Shown here: in pieces, positions 1-7,326 of the stretch
Numbering within the stretch: position 1 is the stretch's first letter
Layout: every line of letters begins with the position of its first letter
IMG/VR virus record: IMGVR_UViG_2713896899_000006
Span: 1 to 24,900 of that record
Length of the DNA: 24,900 nt
Source of the DNA: a virus
Lineage: Duplodnaviria > Heunggongvirae > Uroviricota > Caudoviricetes
Strand: one strand, 5' to 3'
The notes under the pieces: model-generated
What the model was told of the DNA's origin: nothing
The model's input: only the letters and a program-made list of their open reading frames with translations
The model's database searches: none
Made by a program: the position numbers and the translations under genes

Positions 1-101
1 GCGTGTCTGCGCCGCACTGCGGGAGCTGAATAAACACCGGGATATTGTCCGACAGATTGTCGATTCCACCAGTCGCGTTGTGTTGGAAAAGTGAGGCGCT
101 T

Positions 102-518
102 ATGAGAAACGTTTTTACACCTGAATATCGGGAGCAACTGAAGGCGCGTATTGTGGAACTGGTGCGCAGAGACGGGAGGAAAACGCGTAAGCAACTGGAA
201 GATGAAACCGGAGCAACGAGACACCTGATAGAAGTTCTGGCGAAAGAGCTGGTGGGCAGTGGCATAGTATATGGTTCGGGGCACGGGATATTTCCTTCGG
301 AGCAGGCGCGCAAGGACTGGATAAAGGCCCGTAAAGAGATGTCGAAAGGTACAGCGAAAAAGAAGAGAGACCCCGAGCTGATTTATTCATTGCCGGATGG
401 TGAAATACGCTGTTACAACAGACGACAGAACATAATTTGTCGCGAGTGCCGTCAGAGCGAAGCTATGCAGCGTGTACTGGATTTCTATCAGGGAAATTTT
501 CAGGAGGTGGTACTGTGA
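102..518 (+). CDS. hypothetical early-region (nin-like) phage protein, 138 aa, with C-terminal Cys pair (CxxC-like)
   Basis: ATG at 102 preceded by GAGG about 5 nt upstream; in frame with ORF-track entry 45..518 (which begins at an alternative TTG); stop TGA overlaps the GTG of the next gene. No family recognised. Confidence 0.5.
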   Translation: MRNVFTPEYREQLKARIVELVRRDGRKTRKQLEDETGATRHLIEVLAKELVGSGIVYGSGHGIFPSEQARKDWIKARKEMSKGTAKKKRDPELIYSLPDGEIRCYNRRQNIICRECRQSEAMQRVLDFYQGNFQEVVL

Positions 519-778
519 ACGCATCAAAATGTCAGGTTAATGGCAACAAGATAGAACCGTGCGCGGCTTTGGCAAAATCTCTCGAATATGGAAATCCAAC
601 ATTCAAGAGTAAAGGCATATTTATCCCGGAACGTGTGAACATAAACACCGGCGAGTCAGGCATAGATATTGCTCAAATTCACTCTGGGCAATATATCGGT
701 CGTGGTGTTGCAATGTGTTTTTGCCCGTTCTGTGGTGAAAGTCTGAAAACGTGGGAGAACAGAAATGAAAGAAATTAG
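515..778 (+). CDS. hypothetical small phage protein, 87 aa, with CxxC motif near C-terminus
   Basis: GTG at 515 overlaps upstream stop (GTGA) and sits 7 nt after a strong AGGAGG; the ORF-track start at 437 is an alternative TTG with no RBS. Product contains CFCPFCGE. Confidence 0.4.
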   Translation: MNASKCQVNGNKIEPCAALAKSLEYGNPTFKSKGIFIPERVNINTGESGIDIAQIHSGQYIGRGVAMCFCPFCGESLKTWENRNERN

Positions 779-1076
779 AGAAATACCAGTAGTACGTGAT
801 GAATATGGCTGCTGGACGCATCCTGAATATGAAAAATTCTGTGATGGTAGAGAACATATTTCAACGGAAGAGTTTAACGCATGGATGGAGGAAAATAAAC
901 TTCAATACGTCCTCTGCTTCAGAGACGAAGGATGTGCTGACTTTGATGCTTGTGATGCTGATATTTCTGCATGGGAACCGGAACGACCAGAGGGCGATGG
1001 ATGGTTTATTGGTTCAATACATGACACCGAAGATGGCCCGGTTTGTGTCTGGTTGCGAAATAAAGCTGAAGCGTAA
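765..1076 (+). CDS. hypothetical phage protein, 103 aa, acidic and Cys-containing
   Basis: ATG at 765 with GGGAGA 6 nt upstream; overlaps previous gene by 14 nt; followed by a hairpin terminator region. Confidence 0.5.
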   Translation: MKEIREIPVVRDEYGCWTHPEYEKFCDGREHISTEEFNAWMEENKLQYVLCFRDEGCADFDACDADISAWEPERPEGDGWFIGSIHDTEDGPVCVWLRNKAEA

Positions 1077-1180
1077 AGGCGATAAATCACCTGACAACAA
1101 AACACTGAAAATTTAAATCAGAAGTGATTTTTATTAAATCCTTAACCGGAGGGGTTCCTGCACCCTCAAAACATCAGGAG

Positions 1181-1198
1181 GCCGCCCGAAAGGGCGGC
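1181..1198. terminator. GC-rich hairpin (gccgccc-gaaa-gggcggc) between convergent genes; probable bidirectional terminator
   Basis: Perfect 7-bp GC stem with GAAA loop lying between the + gene ending at 1076 and the minus gene ending at 1210; on the minus strand it is followed by a T-rich tract (ctcctgatgtttt). Confidence 0.5.
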
Positions 1199-1209
1199 TG
1201 TTCCGCTGT

Positions 1210-1764
1210 TCAATTATCTAAAATTGTGCTAAACCTTTTGATTACCATTAAGAACGTTATAACAGTGATAAAAAAGGATGTATAGGCTAAAAAGCTAACA
1301 ATATATGCAGGTGCGCGAAAATACCATTTCATTAAATCCACTGCATTGTCAGGCAGGAAATATATTATCACTGAAAATATAACCAATACTATTGAAGTTA
1401 ATATTGCATAAGCGACGTTGTGGCATAACTGCTCATATATGGTTTTGTTAGTGTTTAATGATATCAATTTGTCTCGGGATTTGTGTCCTTCAATTATGTC
1501 TGATATCTTAGTAATGGTTTTTTGTTTTTGTTCATAAATCATTATTACTGCACTCATTAATAGTGCTGTTGTAATAGCCCCGAAGTTAACGAAGACGGAA
1601 GCAATTGCCGGTTTCATTATTCCGTATGTCCAGCACAGAACGAAAGAAAGAGATAGCGGAACAATAAAATGTACGATAATGTCGCTCATCAACATTGTTC
1701 CACGCTGATCTGACATTGTTTTGTAGTGTTTTATTATTACACCCAGCACATTTATTTTATTCAT
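1210..1764 (-). CDS. integral membrane protein, 184 aa, about four predicted TM helices; downstream gene of the AT-rich antisense cassette (candidate effector)
   Basis: Four hydrophobic stretches read by eye (IIVHFIVPLSLSFVLCWTYGI; AIASVFVNFGAITTALLMSAVIMIY; VAYAILTSIVLVIFSVIIYFL; YIVSFLAYTSFFITVITFLMVI). Start ATG overlaps upstream stop as ATGA (1761-1764); AGGGG Shine-Dalgarno upstream on the minus strand. Visibly AT-rich codon usage unlike neighbours. Confidence 0.7.
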   Translation of the reverse strand: MNKINVLGVIIKHYKTMSDQRGTMLMSDIIVHFIVPLSLSFVLCWTYGIMKPAIASVFVNFGAITTALLMSAVIMIYEQKQKTITKISDIIEGHKSRDKLISLNTNKTIYEQLCHNVAYAILTSIVLVIFSVIIYFLPDNAVDLMKWYFRAPAYIVSFLAYTSFFITVITFLMVIKRFSTILDN

Positions 1765-2693
1765 ATGATCACCCCTTTGTTTCCGCTATGCAGTTCTAAC
1801 AATATATCATTAGAAAGGTTTTTTATCGTGTCATGAAGTGCTGTTAGATCAGGTATGCCTGTTAATGGGTCGATTTTTAGATCATTATCATCTAACTCTG
1901 CGGAAATTCCTTTTTTTAGTATGGTATCATAATTGAAAACGACAGTCCGACTGCCGAGCTGTAAGCTTACTTTTATTGCATCACATTTATCTTCAATAAT
2001 CTCAATGATGTTTCCTATATTCTTGTTTCTTAAATCCCTGAAACTTCCGAACATGCCATCGTTTGCTTTTATTATTAAGTCTGTCTTGATGTTTGTTTTG
2101 TTTTGACCAAAGGAATCAGCAATGTCTTTTGGTGCTTTATATCCTTGAGCCTTAATTTGTTTTAATTCGGAATTGAGAATATATTGAGGGATTTTCTTAT
2201 GATGTAATGGATTGATTCTTGCTTCGAGTTGAAATTTGTTTTTTAGATATTCAGTGATAGAATCAGAAAGGACACCTCGAGCAGAAATATTATCGCAAGA
2301 ATGGAATGCAATAATTCCTTCTTCAAGGGTGTCTGGTAGGTATATTAAAATATAACGTTCTTTGAGTGTTACATCATAAGCAGTTGTCCTGTAGTGGATT
2401 TTTTTGAGTTTTACATCCTTTATTTCACTACTTTCTCCATATTTCCCAACTTTTATATAACCATATATAATTTTCTTTGTGTTATCAAAGTGAAGTTTAG
2501 CGTGTTGTTCTAGAGATATTTTAGTTTTGGATACGCCAAACTCGATGGGGGTGTTTTTATATAGAGTAAAATAATCAACAAAAAGTTCATATGCCGTTTT
2601 TTTATTACTTAAACCCAATTCATTAAGCTTTTTGCTGGCTCGACTGCCTTTATGGGTCAATACGCGGAATGAATAGAAATTAACGCTGTGCAT
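1761..2693 (-). CDS. soluble protein of unknown function, about 310 aa; upstream gene of the AT-rich antisense cassette (candidate sensor/enzyme)
   Basis: Long minus-strand ORF (track 1761..2711). I place the start at the ATG at 2693 because AAGGA lies 6 nt upstream on the minus strand, whereas the ATG at 2711 has no RBS. Lysine/isoleucine-rich and AT-rich. No catalytic motif recognised. Confidence 0.65.
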   Translation of the reverse strand: MHSVNFYSFRVLTHKGSRASKKLNELGLSNKKTAYELFVDYFTLYKNTPIEFGVSKTKISLEQHAKLHFDNTKKIIYGYIKVGKYGESSEIKDVKLKKIHYRTTAYDVTLKERYILIYLPDTLEEGIIAFHSCDNISARGVLSDSITEYLKNKFQLEARINPLHHKKIPQYILNSELKQIKAQGYKAPKDIADSFGQNKTNIKTDLIIKANDGMFGSFRDLRNKNIGNIIEIIEDKCDAIKVSLQLGSRTVVFNYDTILKKGISAELDDNDLKIDPLTGIPDLTALHDTIKNLSNDILLELHSGNKGVII

Positions 2694-3119
2694 GAAAGTC
2701 CTTTTGAACATATAGGAATATACTAGAACATAAATAGATGCAATGTATAAAGGAAAAGCTACCGCAGGGCGAACTCACCCACCGATAGCTCTTAACTGGT
2801 TGTTTGTAAAAGATAATACATAAATAGGGGGCTGTGTAAAGAGGTAAGCATCGTCAGGGCAGGGGAGATGTGTTAGGCGATATTGGTAAAATTTACGTTG
2901 AGGATAAAAACGGTTTGCGTGAAAAGAAGAGTTAAGTAAAAATCGCTGCGGGTGCTTGAGGCTATCTGTCTCAGGCATGAACACCAAAAGGCAGATAGAG
3001 AAAAGCCCCAGCTAACATTACGCGTCTTGCAGGACGCTTAACATTAATCTGAGGCTCAATCCATGCTGAACACATGTAGGTTAGCCTCTTACGTGCCGAA
3101 AGGCAAGGAGAAGCAGGCT
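2694..3119. promoter_or_regulatory. divergent control region between the antisense cassette and hok; contains the structured hok leader (inverted repeats) and presumably promoters for both units
   Basis: About 425 bp without a convincing ORF; inverted repeats ctatctg...cagatag (about 2963-3000) and gaggct...agcctc (about 3050-3088) just upstream of hok, consistent with the folded leader of hok-family mRNAs. Promoters not individually resolved. Confidence 0.35.
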
Positions 3120-3275
3120 ATGAAGCAGCAAAAGGCGATGTTAGTCGCCCTGATCGTCATCTGTTTAACCGTCATTGTTACGGCACTGGTAACGAGGAAA
3201 GACCTCTGCGAGGTACGAATCCGAACCGGTCAGACGGAGGTCGCTGTCTTCACAGCTTACGAACCTGAGGAGTAA
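3120..3275 (+). CDS. hok: Hok/Gef-family type I toxin (small membrane-depolarising peptide), 51 aa
   Basis: Product MKQQKAMLVALIVICLTVIVTALVTRKDLCEVRIRTGQTEVAVFTAYEPEE matches, from memory, E. coli HokD/RelF and Gef almost residue for residue; AAGGAG RBS upstream; an in-frame upstream ATG at 3063 gives the 70-aa ORF in the track. Confidence 0.85.
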   Translation: MKQQKAMLVALIVICLTVIVTALVTRKDLCEVRIRTGQTEVAVFTAYEPEE

Positions 3276-3343
3276 GAGACCAGGCGAGGGAGAAATCCCT
3301 CGCCACCTCTGATGAGTCAGGCATCCTCAACGCACCCGCACCT

Positions 3344-3366
3344 AACCCGCTTCGGCGGGTTTTTTA
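3344..3366 (+). terminator. rho-independent terminator (aacccgc-ttcg-gcgggtt + T6) ending the hok transcript
   Basis: GC stem with UUCG-type tetraloop followed by tttttt, about 70 nt after the hok stop. Confidence 0.75.
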
Positions 3367-3527
3367 CTTTTACAGATCAAGTTTTAGCCGACTCCTCCAT
3401 TAAACCGACCTTCGTTTGTTGATAAGCGGGTATGCCTGACTAGAATCGATGCACTTAAGTAGCGCGCAGGGATAAGAGGGATGGACCCTGAGAAGGGAAG
3501 AGCTATTTATCTGGAAGGATTCTGAAG

Positions 3528-3701
3528 ATGAAAATCGAAGAATTGCGTGAAATTTTTAGTGAAAATGGCCTCTATGCTGTGCGCGTTGAGAATGGAGACG
3601 TTATCTACACAACGTTAATTCCTGATGATCATGTGATTTTATCTATCGAGGCGTTCATTGAATACCTGGAAAGGCTCGGTTTCAAGGTGGTTCGGGAATG
3701 A
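3528..3701 (+). CDS. small hypothetical protein, 57 aa (below the ORF-track length cutoff)
   Basis: ATG at 3528 with GGAAGGA about 8 nt upstream; product MKIEELREIFSENGLYAVRVENGDVIYTTLIPDDHVILSIEAFIEYLERLGFKVVRE has a protein-like composition; sits in an otherwise unexplained gap between hok and the DUF1367-like gene. Confidence 0.4.
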   Translation: MKIEELREIFSENGLYAVRVENGDVIYTTLIPDDHVILSIEAFIEYLERLGFKVVRE

Positions 3702-3760
3702 GTTATAATTCGTAAGCCAGCCTGAACAACTGGCAACCTACAGCGCCATTGGAGATAGCA

Positions 3761-4375
3761 ATGGCGCATATACAACTGGTCAAACAAACTTCTTCTGGTT
3801 TACTTCTTCCGGCGACGCCGGAGAGTTGCGATTTTCTGCATCAAATCAAAATAGGCGAGTGGATACACGCTGATTTTAAGCGCGTTCGTAACTACGCATT
3901 CCATAAGCGTTTTTTTAAACTTCTGCAACTCGGATTCGATTACTGGACTCCGAACGGTGGGGCGATCACACCTCGCGAACGAGAAATGGTGTTCGGCTTC
4001 GTTGATTACCTGTGTGAATCAGTAGGCAGGGAACATACGCCAGCTCTGAGTGATGCCGCGGAACAATATCTGAATACCGTTGCGACACGCAGAACCCAGG
4101 ATATGGCATTGCTCAAATCATTTGACGCTTTCCGCGAGTGGGTGACCATTCAGGCCGGCTTCTACACCGAGCATTTTTATCCAGATGGTAGCCGCGGGCG
4201 TCGGGCGAAGTCCATTGCTTTTGCGAATATGGACGAAACTGAATTTCAACAGGTTTATAAAGCCGTACTTAACGTCCTGTGGAACTGGATCCTGTTCCGT
4301 AAATTCTCCTCTCTGGAGGAAGTCGAAAATGTGGCGCGCAGCTGCTGGAGTTTGCGTAATGGTGGATTTACGTAA
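3761..4375 (+). CDS. DUF1367-like (YbcN-like) lambdoid nin-region protein, 204 aa
   Basis: ATG at 3761 with GGAGA 5 nt upstream (the track start at 3749 is an alternative TTG); sequence resembles the YbcN/DUF1367 proteins of E. coli lambdoid prophages from memory; 3' end overlaps the next gene. Confidence 0.6.
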   Translation: MAHIQLVKQTSSGLLLPATPESCDFLHQIKIGEWIHADFKRVRNYAFHKRFFKLLQLGFDYWTPNGGAITPREREMVFGFVDYLCESVGREHTPALSDAAEQYLNTVATRRTQDMALLKSFDAFREWVTIQAGFYTEHFYPDGSRGRRAKSIAFANMDETEFQQVYKAVLNVLWNWILFRKFSSLEEVENVARSCWSLRNGGFT

Positions 4376-4649
4376 AGCGGCAAAAGGTCAGATGTGTACA
4401 GTCAGAATTCCTGGCTACTGCAATCACAATCCCGAAACATCCGTGCTGGCGCATTACCGACTGGCGGGAACGTGCGGAACAGCGATAAAGCCACACGATA
4501 TGCAGGCAGCGATTGCCTGTAGCTCGTGCCACGATTTAATCGACGGGCGGGTAAAAACCAGTGATTACACCAAAGAAGAATTGCGCCTGATGCATGCAGA
4601 AGGTGTTTTTCGCACACAAGAAATCTGGAGAAAGGAAGGTTATTTATGA
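4359..4649 (+). CDS. DUF1364-like (YbcO-like) putative Cys-rich nuclease, 96 aa
   Basis: ATG at 4359 with GGAG upstream; Cys-rich product (CTVRIPGYCNHNPE...CSSCHDLIDGR) resembling YbcO-family proteins; the track ORF 4185..4649 starts at an upstream out-of-context codon; stop overlaps the Q start (ATGA). Confidence 0.65.
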   Translation: MVDLRKAAKGQMCTVRIPGYCNHNPETSVLAHYRLAGTCGTAIKPHDMQAAIACSSCHDLIDGRVKTSDYTKEELRLMHAEGVFRTQEIWRKEGYL

Positions 4650-5188
4650 TTTACCCAACAAATACAGGCAAAAGCGGGGAACACCTTCGTCTCACCACGC
4701 TGGAAAGTGTCTGGATTCAGGGAAAACTGCGTATGTGGGGGCGCTGGTCGTATATTGGCGGCGGCAGGTCAGGGAATATGTTCAACCAGTTGCTGGCGTC
4801 AAAAAAATTGACGAAAACAGCAATCAATGAAGCCCTGCGCAGGATGAAAAAAGCAGGAATAGAGAAGCCGGAGCTGGAAGCATTTTTACGTGAGATGATC
4901 AACGGGAAGCAAAAGAGCTGGCTGGCGCATTGTACTGATGCAGAGGCGTTATGTATTGATCGGGTTATAAGTGAGGTGCTGACAGAACATCCGGGATTGA
5001 TTAGCGTCCTTCGACAACGGTATGAGGGGCGGGGGATGAGTAAGCTGAAAATGGCACAACAGTTAAATGAGTATCGCCCTGGCTGGAGCTTGAAAACTTG
5101 CAGAAATCGCATTGACGCATGGTTGAGTGTTGCTGAGCACATTCTGTATATACCAATGAAATTAGCGTTATGCGGAGAAAGCCAATAA
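4646..5188 (+). CDS. Q: phage late-gene antitermination protein Q (Phage_antitermQ-like), 180 aa
   Basis: AAGGAAGG RBS; position immediately upstream of a promoter/terminator region and the lysis cassette; sequence resembles Q proteins of enterobacterial lambdoid prophages (recall, not search). Confidence 0.65.
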   Translation: MIYPTNTGKSGEHLRLTTLESVWIQGKLRMWGRWSYIGGGRSGNMFNQLLASKKLTKTAINEALRRMKKAGIEKPELEAFLREMINGKQKSWLAHCTDAEALCIDRVISEVLTEHPGLISVLRQRYEGRGMSKLKMAQQLNEYRPGWSLKTCRNRIDAWLSVAEHILYIPMKLALCGESQ

Positions 5189-5194
5189 AAAAGT

Positions 5195-5230
5195 TATTGC
5201 ATTTTTGCCAATAAACTGATTCAATTCAGC
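5195..5230 (+). promoter_or_regulatory. candidate late promoter PR' (and qut-like region) downstream of Q
   Basis: TTGCAT (5197-5202), 17-bp spacer, TTCAAT (5220-5225): an imperfect sigma70-like pair in the position where lambdoid PR' lies. Weak assignment. Confidence 0.3.
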
Positions 5231-5285
5231 TACGCTTCGCAAAGCTGTATCGCGAGGCGAACCAAGTGCAATTGAACTTTAATAG

Positions 5286-5312
5286 AACCCGCCACCGAGC
5301 GGGTTTTGTTGT
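5286..5312 (+). terminator. rho-independent terminator (tR'-like) about 60-80 nt downstream of the candidate PR'
   Basis: Hairpin aacccgc-caccga-gcgggtt followed by ttgttgtttc. Confidence 0.55.
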
Positions 5313-5538
5313 TTCTGACGGATAGAAAAATGAAATAGCTAAATAAAAAGAATTCATTGGATGCCATATTTTGGCAACGTGACGACAGCGTTAATCTGGT
5401 CGGGCTCCCATGGCGACGTAGTGAAGGAGAGGAAGCGTAAAGCATCACTGAGTTACGGTTGGCACCCGGTTTAACGCGTAAGTAGCCTGATAAAGAGATA
5501 GTGCACCGCGGCACTAACAGCGGCAACGATTAACTGAC

Positions 5539-5563
5539 CTCGGCATTTGCCGGGGTTTTTTTA
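5539..5563 (+). terminator. second rho-independent terminator in the Q-to-holin intergenic region
   Basis: Hairpin ctcggc-attt-gccggg (one G-U pair) followed by ttttttt. Confidence 0.55.
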
Positions 5564-5686
5564 TTTAAGGCCGCAGACAGGCCCATTTAGTGCAACGCCT
5601 TTCTCCGTTTCCGCTCCCGGAATATTCGGGGATTTTTTATTCCCTCAATTTGCACCCGCGATATGTGCGAGGTGAGAGATGATGAA

Positions 5687-6022
5687 ATGCCTCATAACCC
5701 AAATACCTGGCCGGACTGGCTGGAGTTGTTTCAGAGCTGGTGGCGTGGAGACACCCCGCTGGGCGCAGTGATTATGTCGATCGTTATGGCTGGTTTGCGC
5801 ATCGCCTATTTTGGCGGTGGTGGGGGCTGGAAACGAAAAACGCTTGAGATTTTGCTCTGTGGTGCCCTGACGTTGACCTTTGCATCCGCGCTTGAGTATG
5901 TCGGATGGCCTAAATCACTTTCTGTTGCCATTGGTGGTGGGGTGGGGCTGATTGGTGTTGATGCTATTCGTGGTGCGGCAATGAGGGTCATCGGTAACAA
6001 GTTTGGTGCTCATAAGGAGTAA
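5687..6022 (+). CDS. holin (three predicted TM segments), about 111 aa
   Basis: Immediately upstream of the endolysin; hydrophobic segments LGAVIMSIVMAGLRIAYFGG, LEILLCGALTLTFASALEYVGW, SLSVAIGGGVGLIGVDAI; GAGGTGAG upstream of the ATG at 5687 (alternative in-frame ATG at 5663 lacks an RBS). Confidence 0.6.
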   Translation: MPHNPNTWPDWLELFQSWWRGDTPLGAVIMSIVMAGLRIAYFGGGGGWKRKTLEILLCGALTLTFASALEYVGWPKSLSVAIGGGVGLIGVDAIRGAAMRVIGNKFGAHKE

Positions 6023-6025
6023 TTA

Positions 6026-6502
6026 ATGCAGACACTGAATTCCCAGCGTAAAGCTTTCCTTGATATGGTGGCATGGTCAGAAGGAACGGATAACGGACGG
6101 CAGAAAACCAGAAATCACGGTTATGATGTTATTGTCGGTGGCGAACTGTTCACTGATTACTCCGATCACCCCCGCAAACTTGTCACGCTAAATCCGAAAC
6201 TCAAATCAACAGCCGCCGGACGTTACCAGCTTCTTTCACGCTGGTGGGATGCCTACCGCAAGCAACTTGGCCTGAAAGATTTTTCGCCAGAAAGCCAGGA
6301 CGCTGTAGCGCTGCAGCAGATTAAAGAGCGTGGCGCATTACCGATGATTGACCGCGGCGATATTCGTCAGGCAATCGACCGTTGCAGCAATATCTGGGCT
6401 TCGTTGCCGGGCGCTGGTTACGGTCAGTATGAACATAGAATCGGTGACCTGATTGCCCGATTTAAAGAAGCTGGTGGGGTGGTAAATGAAGCTGAGATAT
6501 AA
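6026..6502 (+). CDS. R: endolysin, lambda R-type lytic transglycosylase, 158 aa
   Basis: Near-identical by recall to lambda R (NSQRKAFLDMVAWSEGTDNGRQKTRNHGYDVIVGGELFTDYSDHPRK...); AAGGAG RBS. Confidence 0.9.
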   Translation: MQTLNSQRKAFLDMVAWSEGTDNGRQKTRNHGYDVIVGGELFTDYSDHPRKLVTLNPKLKSTAAGRYQLLSRWWDAYRKQLGLKDFSPESQDAVALQQIKERGALPMIDRGDIRQAIDRCSNIWASLPGAGYGQYEHRIGDLIARFKEAGGVVNEAEI

Positions 6503-6878
6503 GCTGGTTATTGTTGCCTTCTTTGTTACCGTCATCGGTTCTTTTATCTGGTATGCCGGGCATTACTACAGCAAATATCAACACGAAAAGGAGCGCGCTG
6601 ATGAGGCTGTACGAAATGCTGAATCAGCAACAGCCATTACCCGTAACGTCCTGCAATCACTGCAAATCATCAACACAGTTATAGAGGCTAACCAGCATGC
6701 AAAACAGCAGATCGCACTGGAGTCACAGAGAATTCAGAAAGAGATCAAAGTGGCTGTTGCGGATGATGATTGCGCTGTTCGTATCGTTCCTTCTGGCGCA
6801 GTTAAGCGGTTGCACGAATACGCGAACGGTATACGTGTCGGTGCCGGTGGTTCCGTTACCAGCCAGTCTGACGGCTGA
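6486..6878 (+). CDS. Rz: i-spanin Rz (N-terminal TM anchor plus periplasmic coiled-coil), 130 aa
   Basis: Starts within the 3' end of R; N-terminal TM helix LVIVAFFVTVIGSFIWYAG; position and architecture typical of Rz. Confidence 0.8.
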   Translation: MKLRYKLVIVAFFVTVIGSFIWYAGHYYSKYQHEKERADEAVRNAESATAITRNVLQSLQIINTVIEANQHAKQQIALESQRIQKEIKVAVADDDCAVRIVPSGAVKRLHEYANGIRVGAGGSVTSQSDG

Positions 6879-7041
6879 AACACCCCAGCCAGATTTACCC
6901 GACCCGTTTACGTGGGGGGCAAGCCTTAACCTGAATGTTGCATTGTTGTCAGCGTTAGCACAGTGCAACAGGGATAAGGCTGATATCAGGACTTTTGAGA
7001 AAAACAGGGCAGCACAAACCAATGGCACGATTAAACGTTGA
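6763..7041 (+). CDS. Rz1: o-spanin Rz1 (lipoprotein), overlapping and extending beyond Rz in the +1 frame, about 92 aa precursor
   Basis: Internal ATG-ATG at 6763 in the alternative frame of Rz gives MMIALFVSFLLAQLSGC with lipobox L-S-G-C, followed by a proline-rich segment (PVVPLPASLTAETPQPDLPDP) typical of Rz1. Confidence 0.6.
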   Translation: MMIALFVSFLLAQLSGCTNTRTVYVSVPVVPLPASLTAETPQPDLPDPFTWGASLNLNVALLSALAQCNRDKADIRTFEKNRAAQTNGTIKR

Positions 7042-7326
7042 AGTTATCCCACCAGACAGCGAAACGATGAACGGGATTTTTTGCAGTGATTGAATGTAAA
7101 TATGTGCATCAGCCGATGACGCCAAAAGTTATCGATGAAATGCAACGCGAAGCAGCGCGTCTTGTACTGCGAGCGACAAATACAAAGGTTGCGTTCGTTC
7201 TGGACTGACATTACAGAAGCTCCTTTGATAAGGGGCTTCGATAATGTCAAAGCTCGTTATCTGCACCCGCCGCGCACCCAGCGCACTGGCCGATAGCGGG
7301 CTTTTTTATTAATAAAGCGAGGCTGT

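Noticed and set aside
2775-2987. 70-aa minus-strand ORF in the divergent control region upstream of hok
   Set aside because: Falls in the presumptive promoter/leader region, has no convincing RBS, and overlaps the inverted repeats attributed to the hok leader; more likely non-coding.
4185-4358. N-terminal extension of the YbcO-like ORF given by the ORF track (start 4185)
   Set aside because: The extension is the alternative-frame read of the 3' end of the DUF1367-like gene; the ATG at 4359 with a GGAG RBS gives the expected roughly 96-aa Cys-rich protein.
5230-5526. 98-aa minus-strand ORF in the Q-to-holin intergenic region
   Set aside because: Spans two terminator hairpins, has no RBS, and its product is low-complexity Ser/Arg/Leu-rich; most likely a chance open frame.
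5189-5662. Possible tRNA gene(s) between Q and the holin, as seen in many lambdoid and Stx prophages
   Set aside because: No GTTCGA/TTCGAAT-type T-arm motif and no cloverleaf-compatible inverted repeats seen; the hairpins present are each followed by T-runs and look like terminators.
5663-5686. Lambda S-style dual-start holin/antiholin arrangement using the in-frame ATGs at 5663 and 5687
   Set aside because: The eight-residue extension (MCEVRDDE) is acidic, not the extra basic residue seen in lambda S107, and the upstream ATG has no RBS; the single start at 5687 is preferred.
6723-7028. 101-aa minus-strand ORF antisense to Rz/Rz1
   Set aside because: Lies wholly antisense to two overlapping, well-supported spanin frames; no RBS; treated as spurious.
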